Shown one piece after another: positions 12,405 through 23,892 of a stretch of 64,000 bases of DNA. This DNA is from an uncultured Alphaproteobacteria bacterium. Lineage in GTDB: Bacteria > Pseudomonadota > Alphaproteobacteria > Sphingomonadales > Sphingomonadaceae. Below the pieces are notes generated by a model. That model saw only the letters and a list, made by a program, of their open reading frames with translations, made no database searches and was not told where the DNA came from. Each line of letters begins with the position of its first letter. Position 1 is the stretch's first letter. The translations under genes and the position numbers were made by a program. Location of the stretch: assembly GCA_963707265.1 (NCBI GenBank), contig CAVPOZ010000004.1, positions 1,228,577 to 1,292,576 of the forward strand, in the 5' to 3' direction.

Positions 12405-12540
12405 GCTCAATTGTCCCGTGATGATACAGTCGAATCTGGCCTCTGGACCAACGCGTGCGGGCCATAGTTGATGTGCCTGCGGGGTGGTCTTCTCGAAGAC
12501 ATGAACGCATCTCGCCGAAGCGGTCAGGCCTATGCCTGGC

Positions 12541-12563
12541 CGCTTCGTTCACATGACGAAGCG
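12541..12563 (-). terminator. Hairpin downstream of tRNA-Asn
   Basis: CGCTTCGT-tcacatg-ACGAAGCG about 12 nt past the CCA end. Confidence 0.45.
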
Positions 12564-12575
12564 CTTGAAGAAAAA

Positions 12576-12650
12576 TGGCTCCCCGGGCCTGATTCGAACA
12601 GGCGACCATTCGATTAACAGTCGAACGCTCTACCGCTGAGCTACCGGGGA
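12576..12650 (-). tRNA. tRNA-Asn (GTT)
   Basis: Reverse complement TCCCCGGTAGCTCAGCGGTAGAGCGTTCGACTGTTAATCGAATGGTCGCCTGTTCGAATCAGGCCCGGGGAGCCA: 75-nt cloverleaf, GTT anticodon, encoded CCA. Confidence 0.97.
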
Positions 12651-12747
12651 GCAGCTCCCTTGGGCTCCCATCAAAGTAGCACTTCGATGGGGGTCCCGGG
12701 TGGGAGCGACGCCGCCTAATAGCGTGCCCGACGCGCGTTGCAAGGCT

Positions 12748-13575
12748 TCAAGTAGCAAATTGCTCCATTGCGATCCGCTCGTCGAGCGCGTGCTCCGGAT
12801 CGAACAGCAAGGTTAGCGAGCGCGACCGGTCGAGGCTGACGTCGACAGTGCAGACCTCGCGCACCTCGAACTGGTCCGCGACCGCCGCAACTGGCCGCTT
12901 GTCCGCCTCCAGCACCCGAAACCGGACCGACACGTCGTCAGGCAGGATCGCGCCCGACCATCGGCGCGGACGAAACGGGCTGATCGAGGTTAGCGCCAGC
13001 ATTTTTGCCGCCAGCGGCAGGATCGGGCCATGGGCGGAGAGATTATAGGCGGTCGAGCCCGCGGGAGTCGCCACCAGCACTCCGTCCGCAACCAGCTCCG
13101 GCATCACTACCCGGCCGTTGACGCTAATCTCGATCTTCGCGGTCTGCCGCGTTTCGCGCAGCAGCGAGACCTCGTTGATCGCCGGATGGTTCCACGTCTC
13201 GCCGCGGATCGTGGTCGCTTCCATGTTGAGCGGCGCGACGCGGATATGCTTGGCGCCGGCGATCCGTTCGTGGAGGCAATCCAGCCGCCAATCGTTCATC
13301 AGGAAGCCGAAAGTCCCGCGGTTCATTCCGAACACCGGCCGCGCGGTGCCGTCTTCGAGCATGGCGTGGAGGGTCTGTAGCATGAAGCCGTCGCCGCCAA
13401 GCGCGACCAGCGTTTCCGCCTCGTCTTCGCTGGCCCAGCTGTAACGCCGGCGCAGCATCACTTCTGCGGCTTTGGCAGCCTCGCCAGATGAGGCGACGAG
13501 CCCGATGCGATGCGCGGCCAGGTCGCGCTCGGGCGGGCGGGGTGATGGACCGGCGCGGTTCACGGCCGCCAACAT
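12748..13575 (-). CDS. nadK: NAD kinase
   Basis: LGGDGFML, GMNRGTFGFLMN, INEVS, DGVLVATPAGSTAYNLSA; start uncertain. Confidence 0.93.
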   Translation of the reverse strand: MLAAVNRAGPSPRPPERDLAAHRIGLVASSGEAAKAAEVMLRRRYSWASEDEAETLVALGGDGFMLQTLHAMLEDGTARPVFGMNRGTFGFLMNDWRLDCLHERIAGAKHIRVAPLNMEATTIRGETWNHPAINEVSLLRETRQTAKIEISVNGRVVMPELVADGVLVATPAGSTAYNLSAHGPILPLAAKMLALTSISPFRPRRWSGAILPDDVSVRFRVLEADKRPVAAVADQFEVREVCTVDVSLDRSRSLTLLFDPEHALDERIAMEQFAT

Positions 13576-13668
13576 AAGGATTTGGCGGCGAAAGCGCCAC
13601 TGTCCCGAAACGGTGCGCGCCCGACTGGCGGCTTGGTTGCCCGCGGGTGCGCGGGTAAATCGCTGCCT

Positions 13669-14508
13669 ATGCGTAGGTGGCAATGGCCAGTGTTCGGGGG
13701 CAAGCGGGCGTCGGATCGCGAGATTCCGGCGCCCGCTTTGAATCGACGCGATCGGGCGCTTGAGGATGCGATTCGCCGCGACCGCATTGATCTTCGCTTC
13801 CAGCCGCAGATCGAACCAGCCAGCGGGCGGGTCATTGGAGTCGAAGCGCTGGCACGATGGAGCGAGGCGGAAAGCCCAGAAACATTGTTCGCTCGGGCGG
13901 AGGCGGCTGGCCTAGCCGAGCGCCTGTCACGCGCCATCCAGCGCAAGGCTCTGCGCATCGCCAGCGGCTGGCACGGGCCGTTGGCGTCGCTTCGACTTTC
14001 GATCAACCTTCTGCCCCGGGACCTCGATCGGCCCGGCTACTGCCCAATGGCTACTTGGCAGAGATTGAAGCAGCCGGGCTGCAACCTGAACGCATCACTG
14101 TCGAGATCGTCGAGAGCAGCCTGATGGCGGACGAGCCGCAAGTGGCGGGCGCGACTGGCCCGTCTGCGCGCGGCTGGCATGCGCATTGCAATCGACGATT
14201 TCGGCACTGGCTATTCAAGCCTTGCCTATCTGACGACGCTTCCGCTCGATGCGATCAAGATCGACCGGGCCATGATTTCCGACATCGTCGGCGGCAGCCG
14301 CGATCGGATCGTGGTCAAGGCGATGATCCGGCTCGCCCGCGAGCTGGATCTCAAGGTGATCGTCGAGGGTGTCGAAAACCTGGCCCAGCTCCATCTCCTG
14401 GAGGAGTGGGGCTGCGACCTGTACCAGGGCTTCCTCGGCGCCGGTGCGCTCGACGAAGCCGAGCTGGAGCGTTTCGTGGTGGCAGCCGAGCGAACCGCCG
14501 CCGCCTAG
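13669..14508 (+). CDS. Stand-alone EAL-domain c-di-GMP phosphodiesterase (indels)
   Basis: FQPQI..GVEALARW, SINL, EIVE, IDDFGTGYSSL, KIDR, EGVE, QGF across ORFs 13582, 13857, 14179. Confidence 0.87.
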
Positions 14509-17500
14509 GCCGGCTCGAGCTCCTTCTTCGTCTCTCCTGCCGCAAGCACCCGCATCAGTCCGCGCGAGATCTGCAGCGCACCTTGGAGGCGCGCTTCGCC
14601 GGTCGGCCATTCGCGGCTGATCACCAGCTTGCTGTCGGGCCGGAGCTTGGCCGCGCCCTTCAACCGCTCGACATAGTCCAGTAGTCCAGCAAGGTCAGGG
14701 AAGCCGCTTGGCGCGAAAGTCACCACCGCGCCCTTGGCGCCGACATCCAGCTTGGCGATCATCGCCTTCTTGCAATTGATCTTGGTTTCAACAATTTGCA
14801 GCAGGTTTTGCGTTTCCGATGGCAACTTGCCGAACCGATCGATGAGCTCTGCCGCGAACGCCTCGACGCCTTGCCGGTCCTCCAGTTCGCCGAGGCGGCG
14901 ATAGAGGCCCATGCGCAGGTCGAGGTCTGGCACATAATGTTCCGGGATGAGGATCGGCGCCTCGACATTGATTTGCGGGGTGAATTCCTCCCGGCGCTCT
15001 GCCGCTCCGGACTTCTGCTCGAGGATCGCGTCCTCCAGCATCGACTGGTAAAGTTCGAAGCCGACTTCCTTGATGTGCCCCGATTGCTCGTCGCCGAGCA
15101 GGTTGCCGGCGCCGCGGATATCGAGGTCGTGGCTGGCCAGCTGGAACCCGGCGCCCAGGCTGTCGAGATTGGCCAGCACCTGCAGGCGCTTGTCCGCGCC
15201 TTCGGTCAGCGACGCGGTCGGGCGGTCGTCGTCAGATAGGCATAGGCACGGGTCTTCGACCGTCCGACCCGGCCGCGGAGCTGGTAAAGCTGCGCAAGGC
15301 CGAACCGGTCGGCTCGGTGGACGATCGAGCGTGTTGGCCGAGGGTATGTCGAGGCCGCTTTCGACGATGGTGGTCGACAGCAGCACGTCGTATTTCCTGT
15401 CGTAGAAGGCGCTCATCCGCTCTTCGACCTCGGTCGGACTCATCTGGCCGTGCGCGGTGACCGCCTTCACTTCGGGCACTTCCTCGCGCAGCCATTTCTC
15501 CAGGTCGGGCAGGTCGGCGATCCGCGGCGCGACCAGGAAGCTCTGCCCGCCGCGATAATGTTCGCGCAGCAGCGCCTCGCGGACCACCACCGGGTCCCAG
15601 GGCGCGACATAGGTCCGCACCGCAAGCCGGTCGACCGGCGGGGTCTGGATGACGACTGAGTTCGCGCAGGCCCGACATCGCCATCTGCAGCGTTCGCGGG
15701 ATTGGCGTTGCGGTGAGCGTCAGGACGTGGACGTCTTCTTTGAGCGCCTTGAGCTTTTCCTTGTGGGCGACACCGAAATGCTGCTCCTCGTCGACAATGA
15801 CCAGGCCCAACTTTTTGAACTTGATCGATTTTGAGAGCAGCGCGTGAGTGCCGATGACGATGTCGACCTTGCCCTGCTCGAGCCCCTCGCGGGTCGCCTT
15901 TGCCTCAGCCGCGGGAACAAGGCGCGACAGCCGCCCAATCTCGATCGGGAAGCCCTGAAACCGGGCGATGAAGTTCGAATAATGCTGACGGGCCAGGAGG
16001 GTGGTCGGGCAGATTAGCGCCACCTGGTATCCGGCCATCGCGGCGACGAAGGCCGCGCGTAGCGCTACCTCGGTCTTGCCGAAGCCGACGTCGCCGCACA
16101 CCAGCCGGTCCATCGGCTTGCCGCTTTCCAGATCCTCCAGCACCTCGGCGATGGCGCGGTCCTGGTCGTCGGTCTCCTCATAGGGGAAGCGGTCGATGAA
16201 TTCGGGCAGGCTGGCATCAGCCTCGGCGATCTGGCCGGGCCGGGTCGCGCGGATCGCGGCGGTCTTGATCAGCTCGCCGGCGATTTCGCGGATGCGCTCC
16301 TTCATCCGCGACTTGCGTCGCTGCCACGCCTCGCCGCCCAGCCGGTCGAGCGTCGCGCCTTTCGCTATCGCTGCCGTAGCGCGACAGGACGTCGATATTC
16401 TCGACCGGGACGTAGAGCTTGTCGCCACCGGCGTAGGAGAGCGCGACGCAGTCGTGCGGCGCCTTGCCGACCATGACCGAGGTCAGCCCTTCGTAGCGGC
16501 CGATGCCATGGTCGACGTGGACGACCAGGTCGCCCGGCGTCAGCGCGGCCAGTTCGGCAAGGAAGGCGTCGGCGCTCTTGCGGCGCTTCTTGCGGCGAAC
16601 CAGGCGGTCGCCGAGCATGTCCTGCTCGGTGAGGACGGCGACCTCGGGCGCCGGCGAAACCATGGTCGAGCGGCAGGACGATCAGCGCGGCGTCCGTGCG
16701 AGCGCCGAGCGCTTCCTGCCAGCTGTCGGCCAGTTTCAGGCTCTTCAGGCCATGATCCTCAAGCAGGCCGGCAAGTCGTTCGCGGGCGCCGATGGTGTAG
16801 CTGCCGAGGACGACTTTCTTTTTGTCTTTCCTAAGCTTGGCGACGTGCCTGACGACGGCTTCGTAGACATTGGCGCCCTGCGCGCGCTCCGGCGCGAAGT
16901 CGCGCGGGCCATCGACTGCAAAATCGATGACTTTGTCGCTTTCAGGCTGCGGGAAAGGAGTAGTGACGTGGATCGGCCGTTCTGCGATCGCCGCACGCCA
17001 TTCCTTGCTGCCCAGATAGAGAGCTGAGGGCGCGAGCGGACGATAGCTGCCAGGCTCGGCCACCATCGCCCGTTCGCGATTGGCGAAATAATCTTCGATC
17101 GCCTCGTGCCGGGCTTCCAGCGCGCCATCGGTGTTGGAGTCGCGGAGGATGACGTCATGCTCGCCAAGATGGTCGAACAGCGTCGCCAGCTTCTCCTCGA
17201 ACAGCGGCAGCCAATGCTCCATTCCCGCCAGGCGCCGACCGTCGCTGATCGCCTGATAGAGCGGATCGCCGGTGGCGTTGGCGCCGAACTGCTCGCGGTA
17301 GCGGGCGCGGAATCGCTTGATCGTTTCCTCGTCGAGCAGCGCCTCGCTCGCTGGCATCAGGGTGAAAGCACCGGCCTTGCCGGTCGTCCGCTGGTCGGCC
17401 GGATCGAAGCGGCGCATCGTTTCGATTTCGTCGCCGAAGAAGTCGAGGCGGATCGCCAGTTCCTCGCCCGCCGGAAACAGGTCGACGATCGAGCCGCGTA

Positions 17501-18009
17501 CCGCGAATTCGCCGGCATCATGGACCGCGTCGGTCCGCTGGTAGCCATTGGCGACGAGCAGCTCGACCAGCCGGTCGCGCTCGATCCGCTCGCCCTCCGC
17601 CAGGCGCCGGGTCAGTTGGCGGATACGGAACGGGGTAATGATTCGCTGGGTCGCTGCATTGGCAGTGGCGACCAGCAGCTGCGGGCCCTTTGCGCTTGCC
17701 CTGCAGCTTTTCGAGCGTCGCCAGTCGCTCGGCCATGACCCGCAGGGCCGGGGAGGCACGGTCGTAGGGCAGGCAGTCCCACGCCGGAAAGGTCAGCACT
17801 TCCACTTCGGGCGCGAACACGGGCACGGTGTCCTGCAACGCCCGCATCGCGGCCTCGTCTGCCGCAATGACTACCGCGCGGCCGCCCTGGCCCGTGCCAT
17901 GAGCCGCACGGGCGAGATCGGCCGCCAGCCACGGCAGGAAGCCCGCCGGCACGCCGGCCAGCGTCATCGGCGCATTGGCCTTCAAGATACGGGAAAGGGC
18001 GTCGCTCAC
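14505..18009 (-). CDS. mfd: Transcription-repair coupling factor (several indels)
   Basis: [65 protein letters not shown]; GTG start overlaps sdhE stop. Confidence 0.95.
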
Positions 18010-18267
18010 TTGGCCACCTTGATGAAGTCGAGGCGCTGGAAGGCGTCCATCATCGGGCCCTGATAGCGCTCGGGAACCTGTTCGGTCCCGATCGCCCACG
18101 CCATGATGTCGACGTCCTGTCTCGGTCAGCAGCGCAGCGAACAGGGCGCGGTCATGCGGTTCCCAAGAGGCGTGGTGGGCGTCGAAGAAGCCGCCGATCA
18201 TCATGTCTGCCTCACGTGTGCCGCGATGCCAGGCGCGATATCGTAGCGCCCTCAACACATCGTCCAT
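18006..18267 (-). CDS. sdhE: FAD assembly factor SdhE / Sdh5 (indel near 18118)
   Basis: LRYRAWHRGTREADMMIGGF motif; directly upstream of mfd. Confidence 0.88.
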
Positions 18268-18330
18268 GACCGGCCTTCCTCCAAACGCAAATGGCCCGCG
18301 GCGAATTTCGCCGCGGGATCTCGTTGCGCC

Positions 18331-18359
18331 GATCTAGGGGTGGCTAAAGGCTAGAGCAA
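18331..18359 (-). promoter_or_regulatory. Putative sigma70 promoter for sdhE-mfd
   Basis: Minus strand TTGCTC-N17-TAGATC; perfect GC hairpin (18295-18317) in the resulting leader. Confidence 0.45.
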
Positions 18360-18364
18360 GGCCG

Positions 18365-19000
18365 CTAGTGGGAGGCGTGAGCTAAATGCTCTGCCTTTGC
18401 CGTTGCATGCGCCGCGCAACTCACCTTCGGGTTGAACGGGGCGAACACGCCGGTGGGATTGTCCCGATAGAGCCAGACGTGGCGGTCATAATGCGCCTCG
18501 AACATGTGCGCCTCGTCGATCGCCGTCGCAGGGTCATCCTTCATCGAATCATATTCGACGCCCTGAAAGCTCGGCGGCCGCTCGTTGCCGGCCTCATGCC
18601 ATGCCTTGGCAAAGACCAGGTTTTCGACCGCGACCAGTTTCAAGGATCCGTCCGCCTGCGGTTCGTAGATCAGGATCGAAGGCTTGCGGAAGTCGGTGTG
18701 CGTCCCATTGCCGTCCACCCGCGGGTTGGGCGGGGCGGAAATGCCGAGCATGTCCGGACGGAAGTAGTGAATGCCCATGGCGCCAAGCTCTTTCGGCCGG
18801 CCCATCATATCGGCGGTCTCACACATGTTGGCGGGGTCGCGGATAAAGCCTTCGGCAAGCGCCACATTCACGTCCTGATACTTGGCCGTCAGCGTCCGGA
18901 CCTCGTCCAGGCTGGGTTCTTCGTTGACGCCGGCGACGGCCGCAGGGGCACAAACGCCGAAGACTGCGGCCAGAACGGCCCCGCCGATTATCGCTCTCAT
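18365..19000 (-). CDS. Secreted His/Met-rich hypothetical protein
   Basis: AGGAGG RBS, signal peptide MRAIIGGAVLAAVFGVCAPAAVA, motifs AMGIHY, ILIYEP, HYDRHVW, NPTGVFAPFNP.V.C. Confidence 0.8.
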   Translation of the reverse strand: MRAIIGGAVLAAVFGVCAPAAVAGVNEEPSLDEVRTLTAKYQDVNVALAEGFIRDPANMCETADMMGRPKELGAMGIHYFRPDMLGISAPPNPRVDGNGTHTDFRKPSILIYEPQADGSLKLVAVENLVFAKAWHEAGNERPPSFQGVEYDSMKDDPATAIDEAHMFEAHYDRHVWLYRDNPTGVFAPFNPKVSCAAHATAKAEHLAHASH

Positions 19001-19121
19001 GAATATTTCCTCCTTGCCGCGCTTCGGAGCTGCGGCATCGCCGGGCCAAATATGGGCGTCCATTATCCCGCTCAATCGAAATGGTTGCAGTGGGGTATGC
19101 AAATGTGAATAGCTTGGAATT

Positions 19122-20018
19122 ATGTTCGCTTGGGACGATCTTAAGCTGTTCCTGGCGCTCTATCGGGAGCGGACGACGGGGCGCGCGGCTGCGGAATTAG
19201 GGGTCAGTCAGCCAACCGTGGTTCGCCGTCTGTCAGGCCTTGAGCACGAGATTGGCCTGACACTGTTTGAACGACATTCCAGCGGACTTACGCCAACTAA
19301 TGCGGCGTCTCAGCTTTTTGCCGCGGCCGAGCGGGTCGAGCGAGGCATTTGCGAATTTACCGCGGAGGTGGAGTCTCTAACCGAATCCAGCCTCAGGGTT
19401 ATTCGAGTAACATTGCTCGATCATTTTGAGCAGCTGATGGTCCCATTGCTGCGTGGTTTTCGAGAACGGTGGCCCTTGGTTCATATCGAGCTATTGCCGA
19501 GCGATCGCGTCTACGACCTGGCAAGAGGCGAGGCGGATATTGCGGTGCGTGGGCGCGATCGCCCGTCCAGCGACGAGGTGGTTACCCGCGACATGCCGGC
19601 CTGCGGCTTTGCCATCTATGCTTCGGCCGACAGTTCACCCGGGGAAAGGCCGGCGTCGATCGAGGAAGTGGGGCGCTATTCGTTGGCAATGCTTGACGGT
19701 CCGCCGGGGCGATTGCCTGTATATCAATGGCTTGAGTCACTCGTCGAACCCGGAACCGCGCCACCCCGGTGCAGCAATTTCCGGGCACTCGCATCGTCGA
19801 TTGCATCCGGGGCGACCATCTGTGCGCTACCCTGCACAATGGGCGATTCCGATCCGAACCTGGTGCGCTGTTTCGAACCGCTCGAGCAGTACGATGTGCC
19901 GGTATATCTGGTCGCTCGCCGTGCCATCCTTCGCCGGCCCGCGGCACGGGATCTGTTCGAAGCAATTCACAGTTACTTTCTGGAACGCCCCGCACTCCTG
20001 ATGGGCAAGCGCGGCTGA
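19122..20018 (+). CDS. LysR-family transcriptional regulator
   Basis: WDDLKLF..AAAELGVSQPTVVRRLSGLE HTH, DLARGEADIAVR; 298 aa; divergent from the secreted protein gene. Confidence 0.92.
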   Translation: MFAWDDLKLFLALYRERTTGRAAAELGVSQPTVVRRLSGLEHEIGLTLFERHSSGLTPTNAASQLFAAAERVERGICEFTAEVESLTESSLRVIRVTLLDHFEQLMVPLLRGFRERWPLVHIELLPSDRVYDLARGEADIAVRGRDRPSSDEVVTRDMPACGFAIYASADSSPGERPASIEEVGRYSLAMLDGPPGRLPVYQWLESLVEPGTAPPRCSNFRALASSIASGATICALPCTMGDSDPNLVRCFEPLEQYDVPVYLVARRAILRRPAARDLFEAIHSYFLERPALLMGKRG

Positions 20019-22077
20019 TGCGCCCAGAGATACTCAATCCGCTGTTCGCCGAGGTCGAGGCACTGAAGGGCGTCGGGCCTGGGATTGCCAAGGCACTCGC
20101 ACGGATAGATCTCACTCGAGCGATCGATCTTGCCTATCATCTGCCGACCGGGACGATCGATCGAATTCGCGCGCCGCACGCCAGTCAGGCGCTGTTGGGG
20201 CGTATCGTGGTCCTTGATGTCACGCCGGTCGAAATCCGCGCCGGGTCGGGCAAAGCCCCGCTGCGCATTTTCGCGCGCGACGGGGACGACAACACACTGA
20301 CCCTGACCTTCTTCAACAACCCGGCCTGGGCGAAGAAGCAGCTACCTTTGCACCAGAAACGCACCGTGATCGGCAAGCTCGATGCTTATGGGCAGGAATG
20401 GCAAATCGTCCATCCCGAAGTGCTTGAGCCTGCCATGGCCAGCGAAGTGGCACTTCGCGAGCCGGTCTATGGCCTCACCGAGGGCATTTCGAACAAGCGA
20501 ATGCGCGAGCTGGCGCTGACCGGATTCGAGCGGGCACCCGAACTCCCCGAATGGATCGAGCCATCGCTGCTGGCCCGCGAAAATTGGCCTGCTTGGCGAG
20601 CTGCGCTTGCGGAGGCTCATTCCGATCCAAGCGCAACAATTGCGCGCAAGCGATTGGCTTATGACGAGATTTTTGCCAACCAACTGGCCCTGATGCTGCT
20701 TCGCCAAGTGGCGCGACGCAAGCGTGGCGTGCCGCTCCAGGGCGATGGGCGCCTAAGCGGCAAATTGCAGCTGCCCTATCGGCTCACCGGCGCCCAGCAG
20801 CGGGTGATCGGCGAGATCCGCGGCGACATGGCCCAGGATAAGCCAATGCTGCGCCTGCTCCAGGGCGACGTCGGCTCGGGCAAGACGCTGGTCGCGCTGC
20901 TGGCCATGCTGGAAGCGGTCGAGGCTGGGGCTCAGGCAGCTATGCTCGCGCCGACCGAAATCCTCGCCCGCCAGCATTTTGCGACGCTGCAGCGCCAATG
21001 CGAGGCGATTGGCGTGCGACATCGCCATTCTCACAGGCCGCGAAAAGGGTAGGGCGCGGGAATCGGTGCTGATGGGGCTTGCTGACGGCTCGATCGACAT
21101 CCTCGTCGGTACTCACGCCATCTTCCAGCAGCATGTCGCATACAAGAGGCTCGGCCTGATCGTGATCGACGAGCAGCACCGCTTCGGCGTTTCGCAGCGG
21201 CTGCTGCTGTCGGAAAAGGCGGAGCGGCCGCCGCACCTGCTTGCGATGACCGCGACGCCGATTCCGCGGACGCTCACACTTACCCACTACGGCGAAATGG
21301 ACGTCAGCCGCATTGACGAGATGCCGCCGGGACGAACCCCGGTCGAAACATTGGTGATCAGCGACCAGAAGCTCGCCGACGTGATCAACGGCGTTGGCCG
21401 CCACCTGTCCGCTGGCGGCCAGGCCTATTGGGTCTGTCCGTTGGTCGAGGAGAGCGAGGCGGTCGATGCCGCAGCGGCGGAAGAGCGGGCGGCCTTGCTT
21501 CGCCAGCGCTTTGGCGCACAGCGCGTCGGCCTCGTCCATGGTCGGATGAAGGGTCCGGAAAAGGATGCCGTCATGACGTCATTCGCGTCCGGCGAGCTTG
21601 GCGTATTGGTCGCAACGACCGTGATCGAAGTCGGCGTCGACGTTCCCAATGCTACGCTGATCATCGTCGAAGGCGCCGAGCGGTTCGGTCTTGCCCAGCT
21701 TCATCAATTGCGCGGACGCGTCGGCCGCGGCGCGGGCGCAAGCCGCTGTGTCCTGCTTCGTGGCCCTCACCTGAGCGAGACCGGGCAGGGCCCGCCTCGC
21801 CCTGATGCGGGAAACCAATGACGGTTTCCGCATCGCCGAGGAGGATTTGAGGCTGCGCGGGCCTGGAGAAGTCCTCGGTACGCGCCAGTCGGGCGAGCAG
21901 GGGTTCAAGGTCGCCAGCCAGGAGGATGTCGCCGAGCTGGCTCCGATCGCCCAGGGCGACGCGCGGCTGTTGCTCGACCGTGACGGCGGCCTTGCGTCGA
22001 CACGCGGCCAGGCGGCGCGGCTGTGCCTTTATCTGTTTGAGCGTGATGCCGCGGTTGGGCTGCTGAGAAGCGGCTAG
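20018..22077 (+). CDS. recG: ATP-dependent DNA helicase RecG (indels)
   Basis: MRPEILNPLFA start, [49 protein letters not shown]. Confidence 0.95.
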
Positions 22078-23301
22078 AGGATCAGAAGGCCGTGTTTCTT
22101 CTTGCCCAGGCTGAGCTTCAGCGGTTCTGAACCGACTTCAACCAATTGCTGGGGATCGTTGACGGTCTCGCCATTGAGCTTGACTGCTCCTTCGCCAATC
22201 TTGCGCCGCGCTTCGCCATTGGATGCAGCAAACCCAAGGCCGGTCAGGGCCTGAACAATAGTGATGCTACCTTCTGGTACATTGAGCGTCGGCAATTCGC
22301 CGCCGGCCGCACCCTCTTCAAATGTGCGCCGCGCCGTCTCGGCTGCGGCCTCGGCTGCTTCCCGGCCATGCAGCAGCGCCGTGGCCTCATTGGCCAGTAC
22401 GATCTTCGCTTCGTTGATCGCCTGGCCTTCGAGTTTGGCCAGCTCATCGATCCGTTCAAGCGGCAGGTCGGTGAACAGCTTGAGGAATTTGACGACATCG
22501 GCATCGGCGGTGTTCCGCCAGAATTGCCAATAGTCGTAGGCAGATAGCTGGTCGGCATTGAGCCAGACCGCGCCGCTCGCGGTCTTGCCCATCTTGGCGC
22601 CGTCGGCGGTGGTGATGAGGGGCGTCGTGACGCCAAACAGCTCGGTCCCGTCCATCCGGCGCGCAAGGTCCACGCCGTTGACGATATTGCCCCACTGGTC
22701 CGACCCGCCGAGCTGCAGCCGGCAGCCGGTGCCGCAGCGACAGCTCGCGGAAGTCATAGGCCTGGAGGATCATGTAGTTGAATTCGAGGAAGGTCAGCGG
22801 CTGTTCGCGCTCGAGCCGCAGCTTGACCAAATCGAAGGTCAGCATCCGGTTGACGGTGAAGTGCGGCCCAACGGTGCGCAGCAGGTCGATATAGGCGAGC
22901 TGGTCGAGCCAGTCGGCATTGTCGACCATGATCGCGTCGGTCGGCCCGTCGCCGAAGGTCAGGAAATGCTCGAACACCTTGCGGATCGAGGCGATGTTGG
23001 CCTGGATCGTCTCATGGGTCAGCAGCTTGCGGCTCTCGTCCTTGCCCGAAGGATCGCCGATCTTGGTCGTCCCGCCGCCCATCAACACGATCGGCTCGTG
23101 GCCTGCCTGCTGCATCCGGCGCAGCATCATGATCTGCACCAGGCTGCCGACGTGAAGGCTCGGCGCCGTGGCGTCGAAGCCGATATAGCCCGGCACAATC
23201 CCGCTTGACGCCAACGCGTCGAGCGCCGCGGCGTCGGTCGCCTGGTGGATATAGCCGCGCTCGTCGAGCAGGCGGAGGAGGGAGGACTGATATTCGCTCA
23301 T
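22074..23301 (-). CDS. tyrS: Tyrosine--tRNA ligase (indel near 22738)
   Basis: [41 protein letters not shown]-terminal S4 domain. Confidence 0.96.
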
Positions 23302-23366
23302 TGAATGCTCGCTTAGCGGCTGCGGGGCCGGTTGCAAGCAGGCGAGCGGCACGCAATAGCAGTTCC

Positions 23367-23892
23367 ATGCCCAGCCTTGTCCGACATCCCGATACCCCAC
23401 CCGGCGCAATCCATGGCGATCGATGCGGAGCTTGAGCGACGTGCCTAGCGGCGCGATTGCCATCTTACAGGGTTCACGGCGACATCTCGAAACTGGTCAT
23501 TCCTCCGCCCGCTGCGCCCGTGCGAACCGACGACCTGTGGCGCACGACCTGCTTCGAGCTGTTCGTTGCGGGCGAGGGTGCGTCATATCGCGAGTATAAT
23601 TTTTCGCCGTCGGGCCAATGGGCGGCCTATGAGTTCGACGATTACCGGGTCGGAATGCGCAATGCTATCGCCGATATTGAAACGGAAATATATCAATCAA
23701 GCAATGAGTTGTCATTCAGTGCTAAGATTAATGATGAATTTCCGAACCCGGTCCTTGTCGGGATGACCGCCGTGATTCAGGAGCAAGGACGGCGCGATCC
23801 AATATTGGTCAACGGGTTTCGCCCCGGGCAAGCCGGATTTCCACGCCGCGGCGGTGCGGTCCCTGCTGTTCGATGGAGTAAGTGCGGAATGA
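23367..23892 (+). CDS. DOMON-like domain protein (indels)
   Basis: LVRHPDTP.., [35 protein letters not shown], ..PDFH. Confidence 0.7.

Noticed and set aside
12405-12650. tRNA-Asn as an integration site
   Set aside because: No integrase, and I found no duplicated tRNA 3' end in the window.
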